The position numbers and the translations under genes are program-made. Positions 9,495 through 19,632 of a stretch of DNA of 64,000 nt are shown piece by piece (the stretch's first letter is position 1; every line of letters starts with the position of its first letter). A model generated the notes under the pieces. The model searched no databases. It was not told the DNA's origin and saw nothing but the letters and a program-made list of their open reading frames with translations. Location of the stretch: NCBI GenBank assembly GCA_937915925.1, contig CALGGM010000178.1:18174-82173 (forward strand). The letters run 5' to 3'. This DNA comes from an uncultured Clostridia bacterium (lineage in GTDB: Bacteria; Bacillota; Clostridia; Christensenellales; CAG-138).

Positions 9495-10898
9495 ATGAAA
9501 TCGAATGTATTTGTTCCGCAGGAGGAACTTGACATACAGCATCAGATCGCGGCGGAGCTTTTTCGGGAAATCCGACCGCGCGGGCTGACCTTTTATGTGG
9601 AGACCTTCGGCTGTCAGATGAACGTGCGCGACAGCGAAACGGTCAAGGGGTGGCTCACGGAAGCCGGATATTCGGAAGCTTCCGAAAAAGACAGCGCTGA
9701 CTTTATTCTGTTCAACACCTGCTGTGTGCGCGATCATGCCGAAAAGCGGCTGATGGGCAATATCGGCGCGTTGAAGGAATTGAAGGACGCAAACCCCGGA
9801 CTGCTCATCGGCATCTGCGGATGCATGATGCAGCAGGAGGGCATGGCGAAAAAGCTTTTGAAACGCTTTCCGCACGTCAGTCTGATCTTCGGTACGAACG
9901 TGCTGCATAAGTTTCCCGAAATGCTGCGCGACGTTTTGAACGGCGATCGCATCGCGGTCACGGACCGAGCAAACGACGCGATCGCCGAGGATATGCCGAA
10001 GCTTCGAGACAATCCGAGGACCGCGTTTGTTAATATCATGTACGGATGCGACAACTACTGCGCGTACTGCATCGTTCCGTACGTGCGCGGAAGGGAACGC
10101 TCCAGAAAGCCGGAGGACATCCGCGACGAGATCGTCGCGCTTGCAAAAGACGGTGTAACGGAGATCACGCTGCTCGGGCAGAACGTCAATTCCTACGGAA
10201 ACGACGGATCGACCGGCATGCACTTTGCGGACCTTCTGCGGTATGTGTCCGATGTGCCGGGTGTCAAGCGCATCCGGTTCATGTCCTCACATCCGAAGGA
10301 CCTCAATGAAGACGTCATGCGCGCGATCGCGGAGCTTCCGAACGTCTGTCATCATGTGCATCTGCCGGTGCAGTCTGGCAACAACGAGGTGCTGAAGCGC
10401 ATGAACCGCAAATACACGCGCGAGCATTATCTTTCGATCATCGAACGGCTTCGCGCGATGGTGCCGGATATCGAATTCACGACGGATATCATCGTCGGAT
10501 TCCCGGGCGAGACCGAGGAAGCGTTCCTCGATACGATGTCGCTTGTGGAGGAGGTCGGATTTGCCGCGGCATTTACATTTGCGTATTCGCCGCGCGTTGG
10601 CACCGTCGCCGCAAAACGCGAGGATCAGATCCCGGAATCGGTCAAAAAACAGCGTTTGCATGCATTAAACGAACTGCAGGCAAGAAAGACCGTTGAAAAC
10701 AACGAAACCTATATCGGGCATATCGGCGAGGTTTTGGTGGAGGGATGCGACGAGAGGGGAGCGGATACGATGCTTTACGGCAAGTATCAGAACTTCAAGA
10801 TGGTTTACTTCCCGGGCTGTCCCGAGCTTCTGAACCGGTATGTCACCGTGAAGGTAACCAAAACAAATAAGAATTCACTGTTGGGAGAAATGATATGA
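9495..10898 (+). CDS. miaB: tRNA (N6-isopentenyl adenosine(37)-C2)-methylthiotransferase MiaB
   Basis: UPF0004 N-domain (ETFGCQMNVRDSE), radical-SAM CDNYCAYC, C-terminal TRAM. Confidence 0.95.
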   Translation: MKSNVFVPQEELDIQHQIAAELFREIRPRGLTFYVETFGCQMNVRDSETVKGWLTEAGYSEASEKDSADFILFNTCCVRDHAEKRLMGNIGALKELKDANPGLLIGICGCMMQQEGMAKKLLKRFPHVSLIFGTNVLHKFPEMLRDVLNGDRIAVTDRANDAIAEDMPKLRDNPRTAFVNIMYGCDNYCAYCIVPYVRGRERSRKPEDIRDEIVALAKDGVTEITLLGQNVNSYGNDGSTGMHFADLLRYVSDVPGVKRIRFMSSHPKDLNEDVMRAIAELPNVCHHVHLPVQSGNNEVLKRMNRKYTREHYLSIIERLRAMVPDIEFTTDIIVGFPGETEEAFLDTMSLVEEVGFAAAFTFAYSPRVGTVAAKREDQIPESVKKQRLHALNELQARKTVENNETYIGHIGEVLVEGCDERGADTMLYGKYQNFKMVYFPGCPELLNRYVTVKVTKTNKNSLLGEMI

Positions 10899-11227
10899 AC
10901 GAACTGAAAACCTACCTTGAACTCAGCGAACAGGTCAAGGCTGACGAAAGCCTGATGAAGCTGATCGACACCTACCAGGCGGAAACGAAGCGGCTGATGG
11001 ATCTGATCCAGGATCCAGATTACGACGCGCAGGAAGCGATCCGCCTCACAAACGACGTGGAGTACATGTCCGAGCAGATCTCCTCGAACGAGCTGTACCG
11101 TTCGTTCGTCGCGGCGAAGGATGCGCTTGACCGCGTGCTCCGTGAGAGAGCGGTCAAGTCCATGCCGTGCGACTGCAACTGCAGCACCTGCAAGAGCGAA
11201 TGCAATTCCCGGGAGGATCATCAATGA
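10895..11227 (+). CDS. YmcA/RicA (YlbF-superfamily) regulator-like protein with Cys-rich C-terminal tail
   Basis: 110-aa helical protein in the miaB-ymcA-mutS position known from B. subtilis. ATGA overlaps with both neighbours. Tail is PCDCNCSTCKSEC. Confidence 0.65.
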   Translation: MNELKTYLELSEQVKADESLMKLIDTYQAETKRLMDLIQDPDYDAQEAIRLTNDVEYMSEQISSNELYRSFVAAKDALDRVLRERAVKSMPCDCNCSTCKSECNSREDHQ

Positions 11228-13821
11228 GCGAATTGACGCCGATGATGCGCCAATACATGGAAGTGAAGCAGCAATATCCGGACTGCTTTCTTTTCTACCG
11301 TCTCGGAGACTTCTACGAGATGTTCTTTGACGACGCCATCGAAGGCTCAAAAATCCTGGAGCTGACGCTGACCGGGCGCGACTGCGGTCTTGAGGAGCGC
11401 GCGCCGATGTGCGGCGTTCCGTATCATGCCGTCGATTCGTATGTCAACAAAATGATCTCGCAGGGACATAAGGTCGCGATCTGCGAGCAGATGGAGGATC
11501 CGGCGCTTGCGAAGGGGCTTGTGACCCGATCGGTCACGCGCGTCATCACGCCGGGTACGGTGATCGAGGAACAGATCCTCGACGAATCCAAGAACAACTA
11601 TATCTTTGCGGTCAACTACACGCAAAGCGGGATCGGATACGCGTACTCCGATATTTCGACGGGCGTGTTCTGTACCTGCGAGCTGTACGGGTCCAATGCG
11701 ACGACGGCGCTGTTTGACGAGCTGACAAGGCTCGCGCCCTCCGAGGTCGTTGCAAACGAATCGCTGTTCGAACAGGAATATCTGACCAAGCGCATCCGTT
11801 CGTCGTATTATCTTGAAAAACTCGCGAACGTTCGCTTCCATCCCGAGCAGGCGGAAAAGCGGCTCAAGGAGCATTTCAACGTTGCGTCGCTGAAGGGCTA
11901 CGGACTCGAAGGAAAGCGCTTTGCCGTCGGCGCAGCAGGGGCGCTGCTGTCGTATCTTGAGGACACGCAGAAGAATGCGCTTTCGCATCTGCATACGATC
12001 CGTTTTCTGAACCGTTCGGAGTTCATGCAGATGGATGCGTCCACGAGGAGAAACCTCGAGCTTACGCAGCCACTGCAGTTCAACGGCAGCAAAAAGAGCA
12101 CGCTTCTGTATCTGCTGGACGCAACCAAAACGAGCATGGGCGCGCGGCTGCTTCGCAGCTGGGTCGACTGTCCACTGCAAAAGAAGAACGATATTCTCTA
12201 TCGCCTGCAGGCGGTCGACGCGTTTGTCAAGGACCTTCGCACGAGAAAGCTGCTCGGCGAATATCTCGGCTCGGTTTACGACATCGAGCGTTTGACGAGC
12301 AAGATTGCCTACGGAACGATCAACGGCCGCGACTGCATTGCGCTTCTCAACTCGCTTCGGCAGATCACGCCGATCACCATGCTGCTCTACGGCATCCCCG
12401 CGGAAGCCATCGATACGATCGTGCGCGAGCTCGATCCGATGGACGACGTGATCGGGCTGATCGATGCGGCGATCGATCCGAACCCGCCGATCAACATCAA
12501 GGACGGCGGATTGATCCGCAAAGGTTACAACGCTGAGGTGGACGAGCTTCGCGCCGTTTCCGGCGACAGCCGCGGGATGCTCGAACAGATCGCCGTGCGC
12601 GAACGCGAGGCGACCGGCATCAAAACGCTTCGCATCGGATACAACCGTGTGTTCGGGTACTATATCGAGGTCACGAAGTCGTTCGTGCAGAACGTTCCGT
12701 ATTATTACGAGCGCAAACAGACGCTTGCCAATGCGGAACGCTATATCACACCGGAGCTCAAAGAGCTCGAACAAAAGATCCTGAATGCCTCCGATCGGCT
12801 TCTGGAACTGGAAACCGAGCTGTTCCGCGGCGTTCGCGAAACGCTGCTTGCGTGTACCGAGCGCTTACAGCAGGACGCAGCGCTGCTTGCAAGGCTCGAT
12901 GTGTTCCGCTCGCTTGCCGAGGTTGCGGTGTCCAATCGCTATGTCATGCCGACGATCGCGGACGAGCCGATCATCCGCATCAAAAACGGTCGCCATCCGA
13001 TCGTAGAGAAATCCGGCAAAAACGGATTCATCCCGAACGACGTCAATCTCGACACCGATCGCAACCGACTTTTGATCGTGACCGGTCCGAACATGGCGGG
13101 AAAATCCACCTACATGCGGCAGGTCGCGTTGATTACGCTGATGGCGCATATCGGCTCTTTTGTGCCTGCAGACGAGGCGGAGATCGGGATCGTCGATCGC
13201 ATCTTCACGCGCATCGGCGCGAGCGACGATCTTGCGTCCGGACAAAGCACGTTCATGGTCGAGATGAGCGAGATGGCGAACATCATCAACAACGCGACTA
13301 AGGACAGTCTGCTGATCCTCGACGAGATCGGACGCGGCACAAGCACGTTCGATGGGCTTTCGATCGCGTGGGCGGTGCTCGAGCATATCGCAAACCCGGT
13401 GCTCTGCGGCGCTAAGGCGCTGTTTGCGACGCATTATCACGAGCTTACCGAGCTCGAAGGAAAGCTGGAGGGCGTCGTAAACTACCGCATTACGGTCAAG
13501 GAGATCGGCGACGATATCCTGTTTTTGAGAAAGATCGTCAAGGGCAGTGCGGACAAGAGCTTCGGCATTCAGGTCGCGAAGCTCGCCGGGCTTCCGGACG
13601 CCGTGATCAGCCGCGCAAAGGAGATCCTCGGCGAGCTGGAGCAGTCTGATCTGCTCGTGCGCGATCCGAAGGAGCGGACGGAACCGCAGGAAGCGCACGG
13701 CTCCATGGTCGGACAGTCAATTTTGAACGATCTGAACAAGATCGATCTCGATCATATGACGCCGATCGATGCGTTTATGAAGCTGCATTCCTACTGTGAT
13801 GCGCTGAAAGGAGAGTCATAA
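11224..13821 (+). CDS. mutS: DNA mismatch repair protein MutS
   Basis: Start moved from 11167 to ATG 11224 (ATGA overlap). TPMMRQYMEVK...FYRLGDFYEMF, Walker A GPNMAGKST. Confidence 0.97.
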   Translation: MSELTPMMRQYMEVKQQYPDCFLFYRLGDFYEMFFDDAIEGSKILELTLTGRDCGLEERAPMCGVPYHAVDSYVNKMISQGHKVAICEQMEDPALAKGLVTRSVTRVITPGTVIEEQILDESKNNYIFAVNYTQSGIGYAYSDISTGVFCTCELYGSNATTALFDELTRLAPSEVVANESLFEQEYLTKRIRSSYYLEKLANVRFHPEQAEKRLKEHFNVASLKGYGLEGKRFAVGAAGALLSYLEDTQKNALSHLHTIRFLNRSEFMQMDASTRRNLELTQPLQFNGSKKSTLLYLLDATKTSMGARLLRSWVDCPLQKKNDILYRLQAVDAFVKDLRTRKLLGEYLGSVYDIERLTSKIAYGTINGRDCIALLNSLRQITPITMLLYGIPAEAIDTIVRELDPMDDVIGLIDAAIDPNPPINIKDGGLIRKGYNAEVDELRAVSGDSRGMLEQIAVREREATGIKTLRIGYNRVFGYYIEVTKSFVQNVPYYYERKQTLANAERYITPELKELEQKILNASDRLLELETELFRGVRETLLACTERLQQDAALLARLDVFRSLAEVAVSNRYVMPTIADEPIIRIKNGRHPIVEKSGKNGFIPNDVNLDTDRNRLLIVTGPNMAGKSTYMRQVALITLMAHIGSFVPADEAEIGIVDRIFTRIGASDDLASGQSTFMVEMSEMANIINNATKDSLLILDEIGRGTSTFDGLSIAWAVLEHIANPVLCGAKALFATHYHELTELEGKLEGVVNYRITVKEIGDDILFLRKIVKGSADKSFGIQVAKLAGLPDAVISRAKEILGELEQSDLLVRDPKERTEPQEAHGSMVGQSILNDLNKIDLDHMTPIDAFMKLHSYCDALKGES

Positions 13822-15653
13822 TGCCCGCGATCCATGTTTTAAAACCGCAGGTCGCCAATCAGATCGCCGCGGGCGAGGTCGTGGAACGACCGGCTTCCGT
13901 TGTGAAGGAGCTTGTCGAAAACGCGATCGACGCCGGCGCAACGGCGGTCACTGTTCGCATCGAGAACGGGGGCATGCGCAGCATCACGGTCATCGATAAC
14001 GGCTGCGGCATCGCGCGCGAGGACTGTAAAAACGCGTTCCTGAGACATGCAACCAGCAAGATCTCCACGGCGGACGATCTGTCGCGCGTTCTGACGCTCG
14101 GTTTTCGCGGCGAAGCGCTCGCTTCGATCGCGTCCGTGTCGCGCGTGACCATGCAGACGCGTCCAAAGGACGCCGAGGTCGGCACAAAGCTGATCATCGA
14201 TAACGGGACCGTCGTCAGCGAGGAGGATTCCTCCTGCGTGTTCGGCACGACCTTTACGGTCGAGGAGCTGTTTGCGTCCGTGCCGGCACGGCTGAAATTC
14301 TTGAAATCCGCACGTTCCGAGGCGGGGCATATCGGCGATTACATCGGTCGCATGATCCTCGCAAGACCGGAGATTTCGTTTCGTTACGAGGCGGACGGCA
14401 AGACCGTATATGAAACATACGGGGACGGAAACCTGCTGAACGCTGTGTTTTGCGTTTACGGCGCAACGGTTGCGGAAAAGGTCGTTCCTGTCGAGTACGA
14501 CAACGGCTATATCGGCGTCAGCGGCTTTCTCGGACTTCCCGAAATTTCAAGAAACAACCGCACGTTCCAGACCCTGTTTATCAACGGGCGTTCGATCCGT
14601 TCGCTCTCGGTTTCGACTGCGGTTGCGCAGGCATACGACACGCGACTGATGATCGGACGGTTCCCGTTCTTTGTTCTGAACCTGTCGCTTGCGCCGCAGG
14701 AGGTCGACGTCAACGTGCATCCGAGCAAGGCGGAGGTGCGGTTCGCGGACGACAATCGGGTCTTTACTTCCGTTTCGGCGGCAGCGAAGCTTGCGCTGTC
14801 ATCAAGCGAGCGGCACATTGAGTCCGCGCTCGACGTCGTGCAGCCGAAACAGCCCGCGATCCCGTCGGAGCCGGAGATCAGACACGAGCCGATCCCCGTA
14901 CCGAGGGTGGATTTCCGCGATTTCGCGCCGAAGGGCGGTTCGTCTTTCTCATATCGGGAAAGCACTTCCTTCAATACGTTCCGCGAGAAGGGGAGCGTCG
15001 GAACAGTTCCGAGCTTTACCGTGAAAACGGGCGCGCCTTCGGAACCGTCGAAGGCAAAGACCGTCGAGCCTCTGTTTACAAACGAGCAGACCGACATCAT
15101 CGGCTGTGTCTTTCAGACCTACTGGCTTGCGACACGCGGCGACAATCTGTTTTTGATCGATCAGCATGCCGCGCATGAGAGAAGGCTCTTTGACGACCTT
15201 CGCTCGCGCAAGACGGAGCTTGGCGCACAACAGCTGCTTGTGCCGCGTGAGGTGAGGCTGACCCCGTCGGAGATGTCCGTTTGGGAAGCGAACCAGTCCG
15301 CCGTGCTGGAGCTCGGCTTCGGGCTGACGCAAAGCGGGGCTACTACACTCTTGCTGTCGGAGGTTCCCGTGCTGAACGGACAGACGCTGAACGAGGCATA
15401 TCTGCACGCCGTTCTCACGATCATGGAGGGACAGAACAGGAATGCTGCGGACGAGCTAGTAAAGGAGCGTCTGATGCAGGCGGCTTGCAAGCACGCGATC
15501 AAGGGGGGAGAGGCGATCGAACGCGAGGAGATCGTTGATCTTCTGAACGCGTTCCTGTCCGGTGAGGTGCCGCTGACCTGTCCGCACGGACGTCCGGTCG
15601 TGGTGCGGATCACCAAAACGGAGCTTGAAAAAATGTTCCGCAGAATCGTATGA
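13821..15653 (+). CDS. mutL: DNA mismatch repair endonuclease MutL
   Basis: GHKL ATPase motifs IAAGEVVERPASVVKELVENAIDAG and DNGCGI. C-terminal DQHAAHER endonuclease motif. Confidence 0.96.
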   Translation: MPAIHVLKPQVANQIAAGEVVERPASVVKELVENAIDAGATAVTVRIENGGMRSITVIDNGCGIAREDCKNAFLRHATSKISTADDLSRVLTLGFRGEALASIASVSRVTMQTRPKDAEVGTKLIIDNGTVVSEEDSSCVFGTTFTVEELFASVPARLKFLKSARSEAGHIGDYIGRMILARPEISFRYEADGKTVYETYGDGNLLNAVFCVYGATVAEKVVPVEYDNGYIGVSGFLGLPEISRNNRTFQTLFINGRSIRSLSVSTAVAQAYDTRLMIGRFPFFVLNLSLAPQEVDVNVHPSKAEVRFADDNRVFTSVSAAAKLALSSSERHIESALDVVQPKQPAIPSEPEIRHEPIPVPRVDFRDFAPKGGSSFSYRESTSFNTFREKGSVGTVPSFTVKTGAPSEPSKAKTVEPLFTNEQTDIIGCVFQTYWLATRGDNLFLIDQHAAHERRLFDDLRSRKTELGAQQLLVPREVRLTPSEMSVWEANQSAVLELGFGLTQSGATTLLLSEVPVLNGQTLNEAYLHAVLTIMEGQNRNAADELVKERLMQAACKHAIKGGEAIEREEIVDLLNAFLSGEVPLTCPHGRPVVVRITKTELEKMFRRIV

Positions 15654-16597
15654 GCGACCGCCCGACCATCCTTTGCATCGTCGGTCCGACCGCGTGCGGG
15701 AAGACGGCGCTGTCCGTTGCGCTTGCGAAACGGCTGAATGGGGAGATCGTTTCCGCCGACGCCGTGGCGGTTTATCGGAGATTGGATATCGGATCCGCAA
15801 AACCGACCGAAACGGAACGGCAGGGGATTCCGCATCATATGATCGACTGCGTGGATATCGCGGACGATTCGTTTACCGTGTCCGCGTTTCGCGACGCCGC
15901 GCGTAAAGCGATCGACGGGATCGCAGAACGGGGAAGGCTCCCGATCGTTGTGGGCGGAAGCGGGCTGTATCTCGATTCGATATTTTCCGATATGCAGTTC
16001 TCAGCGCCTTCGGATCCGGAAATTCGGGCACAGCTCGAACGCGATTACGATGCGGATAAAAAAGCCGTTTTTGAGACGCTGAGCGCGTGTGATCCGATCG
16101 CGACGAAGCGCCTGCATCCGAACGATAAAAAACGCGTCGTGCGTGCACTTGAGGTGTACCGCGTGACGGGTAAGCCGTTCTCGGAGCTGAACCGCGCATT
16201 TGAAACGGCGCAGCAGGACGATCAAACCTATCGAACGGCGCGCATCGGATTGAATCCCGAACGAACCGTCCTGTATGCGCGCATCGATCGCAGAGTGGAC
16301 GAAATGATGCAAAACGGGCTTTTGGAGGAAGCGTATACGCTGTTCCGTGAGGGCTATACGCCGGATCGGTACCGTGCCATGCAGTCCATTGGGTACGCGC
16401 AGCTGTACGACGCCTACACCGGCGCTTGCTCTGTTGCGGAAGCGGTCGAGCGTATCAAGCTCGATACGCGCCATTTTGCGAAACGGCAGATCACTTGGTT
16501 TAAGCGGAATCCGAATACCGTATGGATCGATCCGCTGGCGCCCGATTTTGAGGACGTGATCCGAACATGTATGGAGTTGATCAACAGCAATGAATGA
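15650..16597 (+). CDS. miaA: tRNA dimethylallyltransferase MiaA
   Basis: P-loop GPTACGKT and DIGSAKP. ATGA overlap with mutL. Confidence 0.95.
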   Translation: MSDRPTILCIVGPTACGKTALSVALAKRLNGEIVSADAVAVYRRLDIGSAKPTETERQGIPHHMIDCVDIADDSFTVSAFRDAARKAIDGIAERGRLPIVVGGSGLYLDSIFSDMQFSAPSDPEIRAQLERDYDADKKAVFETLSACDPIATKRLHPNDKKRVVRALEVYRVTGKPFSELNRAFETAQQDDQTYRTARIGLNPERTVLYARIDRRVDEMMQNGLLEEAYTLFREGYTPDRYRAMQSIGYAQLYDAYTGACSVAEAVERIKLDTRHFAKRQITWFKRNPNTVWIDPLAPDFEDVIRTCMELINSNE

Positions 16598-17819
16598 ATT
16601 GATTTTGAAAGCAGAGGAACGGGCTCGTACTGCGTTCTCACGCGTAGACAGGGCCGCGCTCCTTTGTCAGGAACGCGTACTGAACGCGTTTTGGAAGCAT
16701 CGGATCTCCGCGCGGCACTTTGCCCCGACCGAAGGGTATGGGTACGACGACGTCGGACGCGACGCGCTTGACGAGGTGTTTGCAGACGCGCTGAACGCCG
16801 AATCCGCGCTTGTTCGCCCGCAGATTGCAAACGGTACGCACGCGATCTTTTTGGGGCTTTCCGGCGTTTTAGAACCGCAGGACACGATCCTTTCCTTGAC
16901 CGGCACGCCGTACGACACGCTTGAGAGCGCGGTCGGGCTGAACGGAGATATGCCAAACGCGTTGTCAAGGTTCGGCATCCGGTTTCATGCGATCCCGCTT
17001 GTGAACGACACGATCGATTATGCGGAAGCGGAACGCGCGTTAAAGGACGATCCTTCGATCCGCATGGCTTATCTGCAGCGTTCCAGAGGCTATGCGTGGC
17101 GGGCGGCGCTTTCGATCGCGCAGATCAAGGAAGCAGTCGAACACGTCAAGGCGATCCGACCGGATGTGATCGTATTTGTCGATAACTGTTACGGGGAGTT
17201 TACCGAGGAGACGGAGCCGACGGGCGTCGGCGCGGACCTGATCGCGGGAAGCCTCATCAAAAACTGCGGCGGCGGCATTGCGCCGACCGGCGGATATATT
17301 GCGGGAAGAGCGGACCTGATCGAAGCGGTTTCGTATCGGCAGACGGTTCCCGGATGCGGAAAGGAGATCGGCTCCTATGCGGCGTCCTATCGTCCGTTTT
17401 ATCAGGGGCTGTTTATGGCGCCGCATACCGTCGCGCAATGCCTGAAAAGCTCGATCCTGTTTTCGGCGATCTTTGAGGAACTGGGCTATCGGACACTGCC
17501 TGCGGTCAACGATCACAGAAGCGACATCATTCAATCGGTCATGTTCGAAACGAAGGAAGAGATGATTGCGTTTATGCAGGCGGTACAGGCGGCGGCGCCG
17601 ATCGACAGCTACGTCGTGCCGGAGCCTTGGGACATGCCGGGGTACACGGATCCCGTCATCATGGCGGCAGGCACGTTTGTACAGGGCGCGACCACCGAGC
17701 TCAGCGCGGACGGTCCGATCCGCGCGCCGTTCACGGCGTACATGCAGGGCGCGCTGACGTATGAGCACGCGCTGATCGCCGCGGATAAGGTTATAAACGC
17801 GTTAATAGCTTCGCATTAG
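16590..17819 (+). CDS. methionine gamma-lyase-family PLP protein (YnbB / aluminium-resistance protein family)
   Basis: 409 aa. N-terminal block HRISARHFAPTEGYGYDDVGRDALDEVFA is typical of this family. Overlaps the miaA stop. Confidence 0.8.
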   Translation: MNELILKAEERARTAFSRVDRAALLCQERVLNAFWKHRISARHFAPTEGYGYDDVGRDALDEVFADALNAESALVRPQIANGTHAIFLGLSGVLEPQDTILSLTGTPYDTLESAVGLNGDMPNALSRFGIRFHAIPLVNDTIDYAEAERALKDDPSIRMAYLQRSRGYAWRAALSIAQIKEAVEHVKAIRPDVIVFVDNCYGEFTEETEPTGVGADLIAGSLIKNCGGGIAPTGGYIAGRADLIEAVSYRQTVPGCGKEIGSYAASYRPFYQGLFMAPHTVAQCLKSSILFSAIFEELGYRTLPAVNDHRSDIIQSVMFETKEEMIAFMQAVQAAAPIDSYVVPEPWDMPGYTDPVIMAAGTFVQGATTELSADGPIRAPFTAYMQGALTYEHALIAADKVINALIASH

Positions 17820-18413
17820 TCCGGTCACGCAGCCGAGGATCTCGACACGGTCGGACGGATAGATCATGGGGGAGAAGGCTTCGTTTTCCGGACGGAGCTC
17901 GATCTCCTTTTCTTTTCGGAACAAGCGCTTTACGGTAACCTCCTCGCGGTCCACAAGCGCGACGACGATATCGCCGTCCTGCGCAGCGACGTCGCGCTCG
18001 ATCACGATAATGTCGCGGTCGTAGATGCCCGCGTTTTTCATGCTGTCGCCGTCGACGCGAAGCATGAACGCGTCGCTGTACATTCCGTGCAAAAGCAGGG
18101 AGGGGATGGGGAAGGCGTCTTCGTGGTTCTCGTGCGCAAAGATCGGAACGCCCGCCGCGACCTTGCCGAGCAGCGGTACGGATTCCGCATACGGATTGCT
18201 CGTTTTCAGCGCGCGGTAAGCACGTTTCTTGTTCGGGTCGACCGCGATCAGCCCTTCGTCCGCAAGCTGTTTCAGGTACCGATGTACGGAGGCAGGGGAA
18301 GAGAGCCCGACGCCCTCGCAGATCTCGCGGACGGACGGCGGGATGCCGTTTCGTTCCTGTTCGGAAATGATAAAGCGATAAATCGTTCCTTTCGCATCGC
18401 TGACCTTGCGCAT
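17802..18413 (-). CDS. lexA: LexA repressor
   Basis: Winged-helix N-domain, cleavage site VAAG, S24 catalytic Ser (GDSM) and Lys (VKRL). Own SOS box upstream. Confidence 0.96.
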   Translation of the reverse strand: MRKVSDAKGTIYRFIISEQERNGIPPSVREICEGVGLSSPASVHRYLKQLADEGLIAVDPNKKRAYRALKTSNPYAESVPLLGKVAAGVPIFAHENHEDAFPIPSLLLHGMYSDAFMLRVDGDSMKNAGIYDRDIIVIERDVAAQDGDIVVALVDREEVTVKRLFRKEKEIELRPENEAFSPMIYPSDRVEILGCVTGLMRSY

Positions 18414-18430
18414 ACCATCACCTCAATGAC

Positions 18431-18460
18431 AGTATACCATAGCCTGTCATAAAATGCAAA
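18431..18460 (-). promoter_or_regulatory. lexA promoter
   Basis: Minus strand TTTGCA-N18-TATACT with TG extension (TGGTATACT). Confidence 0.55.
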
Positions 18461-18470
18461 CAAATGTTCG
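18457..18470 (-). promoter_or_regulatory. Cheo-type SOS (LexA) box overlapping the lexA -35
   Basis: Minus strand CGAACATTTGTTTG versus the Gram-positive consensus CGAAC-N4-GTTCG (one mismatch). Confidence 0.7.
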
Positions 18471-18476
18471 TAAAAA

Positions 18477-19574
18477 TCAGGAAAGATTTTCCGGCGGTGT
18501 GTGATCCGAAACCGGCGCATCCTCGCGCAGCTTGATGTATTTTGCGGCAAGACGGCTTTTGTCCTCGGTCATGGCGGCATAATGCTTGCGGGTCGTGTTG
18601 ACGTCCTTATGCCCGAGCACGTCCGCAACGAGATAGATGTCGCCGCTTTCCTGGTACAGCATGGTGCCGTAGGTGCTTCTGAGCTTATGCGGCGTGATTT
18701 TTTTGAGCGGCGTAGCGATCTTCGCGTATTTTTTGACAAGATTCTCGACCGCGCGGGGCGTGATGCGCTTTCGCTGCATCGAAAGGAAGAATGCGGTCTC
18801 GCTGCCGGCAAGCGGGATCACGGTTTTGCGTTCCTCTAAATATGCTAAGAGCGCTTGCGCCACCTCCGGGCCGAACGCAAGCGTTTCCTGATTGCCGCCC
18901 TTGCGGGTGATGACAAACTCGTTTTTTGTAAAATCGACGTCGTTCAGATCGATCCCGACGAGCTCGGAGATACGGATCCCGGTCCCGAGAAAGAGGGAGA
19001 GGATCGCTACGTCGCGCACCTTTGTCGCCGCGTGATACCGATGCTGACCCTTGGACATGCCCTCGCCGTGCTCCGCAACGTCGAGCAGGTCCGCAACCTC
19101 GTTCGCTTCGAGACGGATGATCGCCTTTTCATGCAGCTTCGGCGTATCGACAAGCGCCGCACAGTTGGTTTGGATCAGCGATTTCTTATATAAATATTTG
19201 AATAATGCACGAATGGCGGATAATTTTCGGGATTTCGCACGTTCGTTGTTTTCAATTATTTTTGTGCCTTCTGCGGTTTGGTTTTCGTAAAAAGAGATAT
19301 ACTCTAAGTACAGCTCGATATCGAGGGAGGAGAGGAGCTCAAGATCGGACAGCTTGAATTCCCGAATCGGCTTTCCGGAAAATTTCTCGGTTTCGCCTTC
19401 GGACAGAAACCGAAAGAACGTGCGAAGATCGACCGCATATCCGTAGCGCGTCAGGATCGACGTCGTCGGTTCGATGGCGCGAAAATACAGCGCGCAAAAA
19501 TCCGGCAACTCCGAAACGATGTTGCGGAACCTGCGGTTGTAATCCAGCTTTTTCTGTGTATGGTATTCGCTCAT
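18477..19574 (-). CDS. tyrosine recombinase, XerS-like (site-specific integrase family)
   Basis: Catalytic R (GIRISEL), HKLR, GHKDVNTTRKHY (Tyr nucleophile). The long N-terminal core-binding domain and ITRKGG block resemble XerS by eye. Confidence 0.85.
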   Translation of the reverse strand: MSEYHTQKKLDYNRRFRNIVSELPDFCALYFRAIEPTTSILTRYGYAVDLRTFFRFLSEGETEKFSGKPIREFKLSDLELLSSLDIELYLEYISFYENQTAEGTKIIENNERAKSRKLSAIRALFKYLYKKSLIQTNCAALVDTPKLHEKAIIRLEANEVADLLDVAEHGEGMSKGQHRYHAATKVRDVAILSLFLGTGIRISELVGIDLNDVDFTKNEFVITRKGGNQETLAFGPEVAQALLAYLEERKTVIPLAGSETAFFLSMQRKRITPRAVENLVKKYAKIATPLKKITPHKLRSTYGTMLYQESGDIYLVADVLGHKDVNTTRKHYAAMTEDKSRLAAKYIKLREDAPVSDHTPPENLS

Positions 19575-19632
19575 AAAATGACCTCCGAAGCGAAAGGGAA
19601 TGGATTCTTAGCTTCATTATAATTTTAACACA

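Noticed and set aside
16560-16620. Looked for hfq after miaA, the usual Firmicute neighbour.
   Set aside because: The miaA stop overlaps the start of the YnbB-like gene, so no small ORF fits. hfq may be elsewhere or absent. Absence here is not informative on its own.
17802-17819. Convergent 3' overlaps: YnbB-like/lexA (18 nt), and comFC/spoIIID (34 nt at 42449-42482).
   Set aside because: Short convergent overlaps are common in compact genomes. No hairpin or regulatory signal is associated with them, so there is no basis for an antisense-regulation claim.
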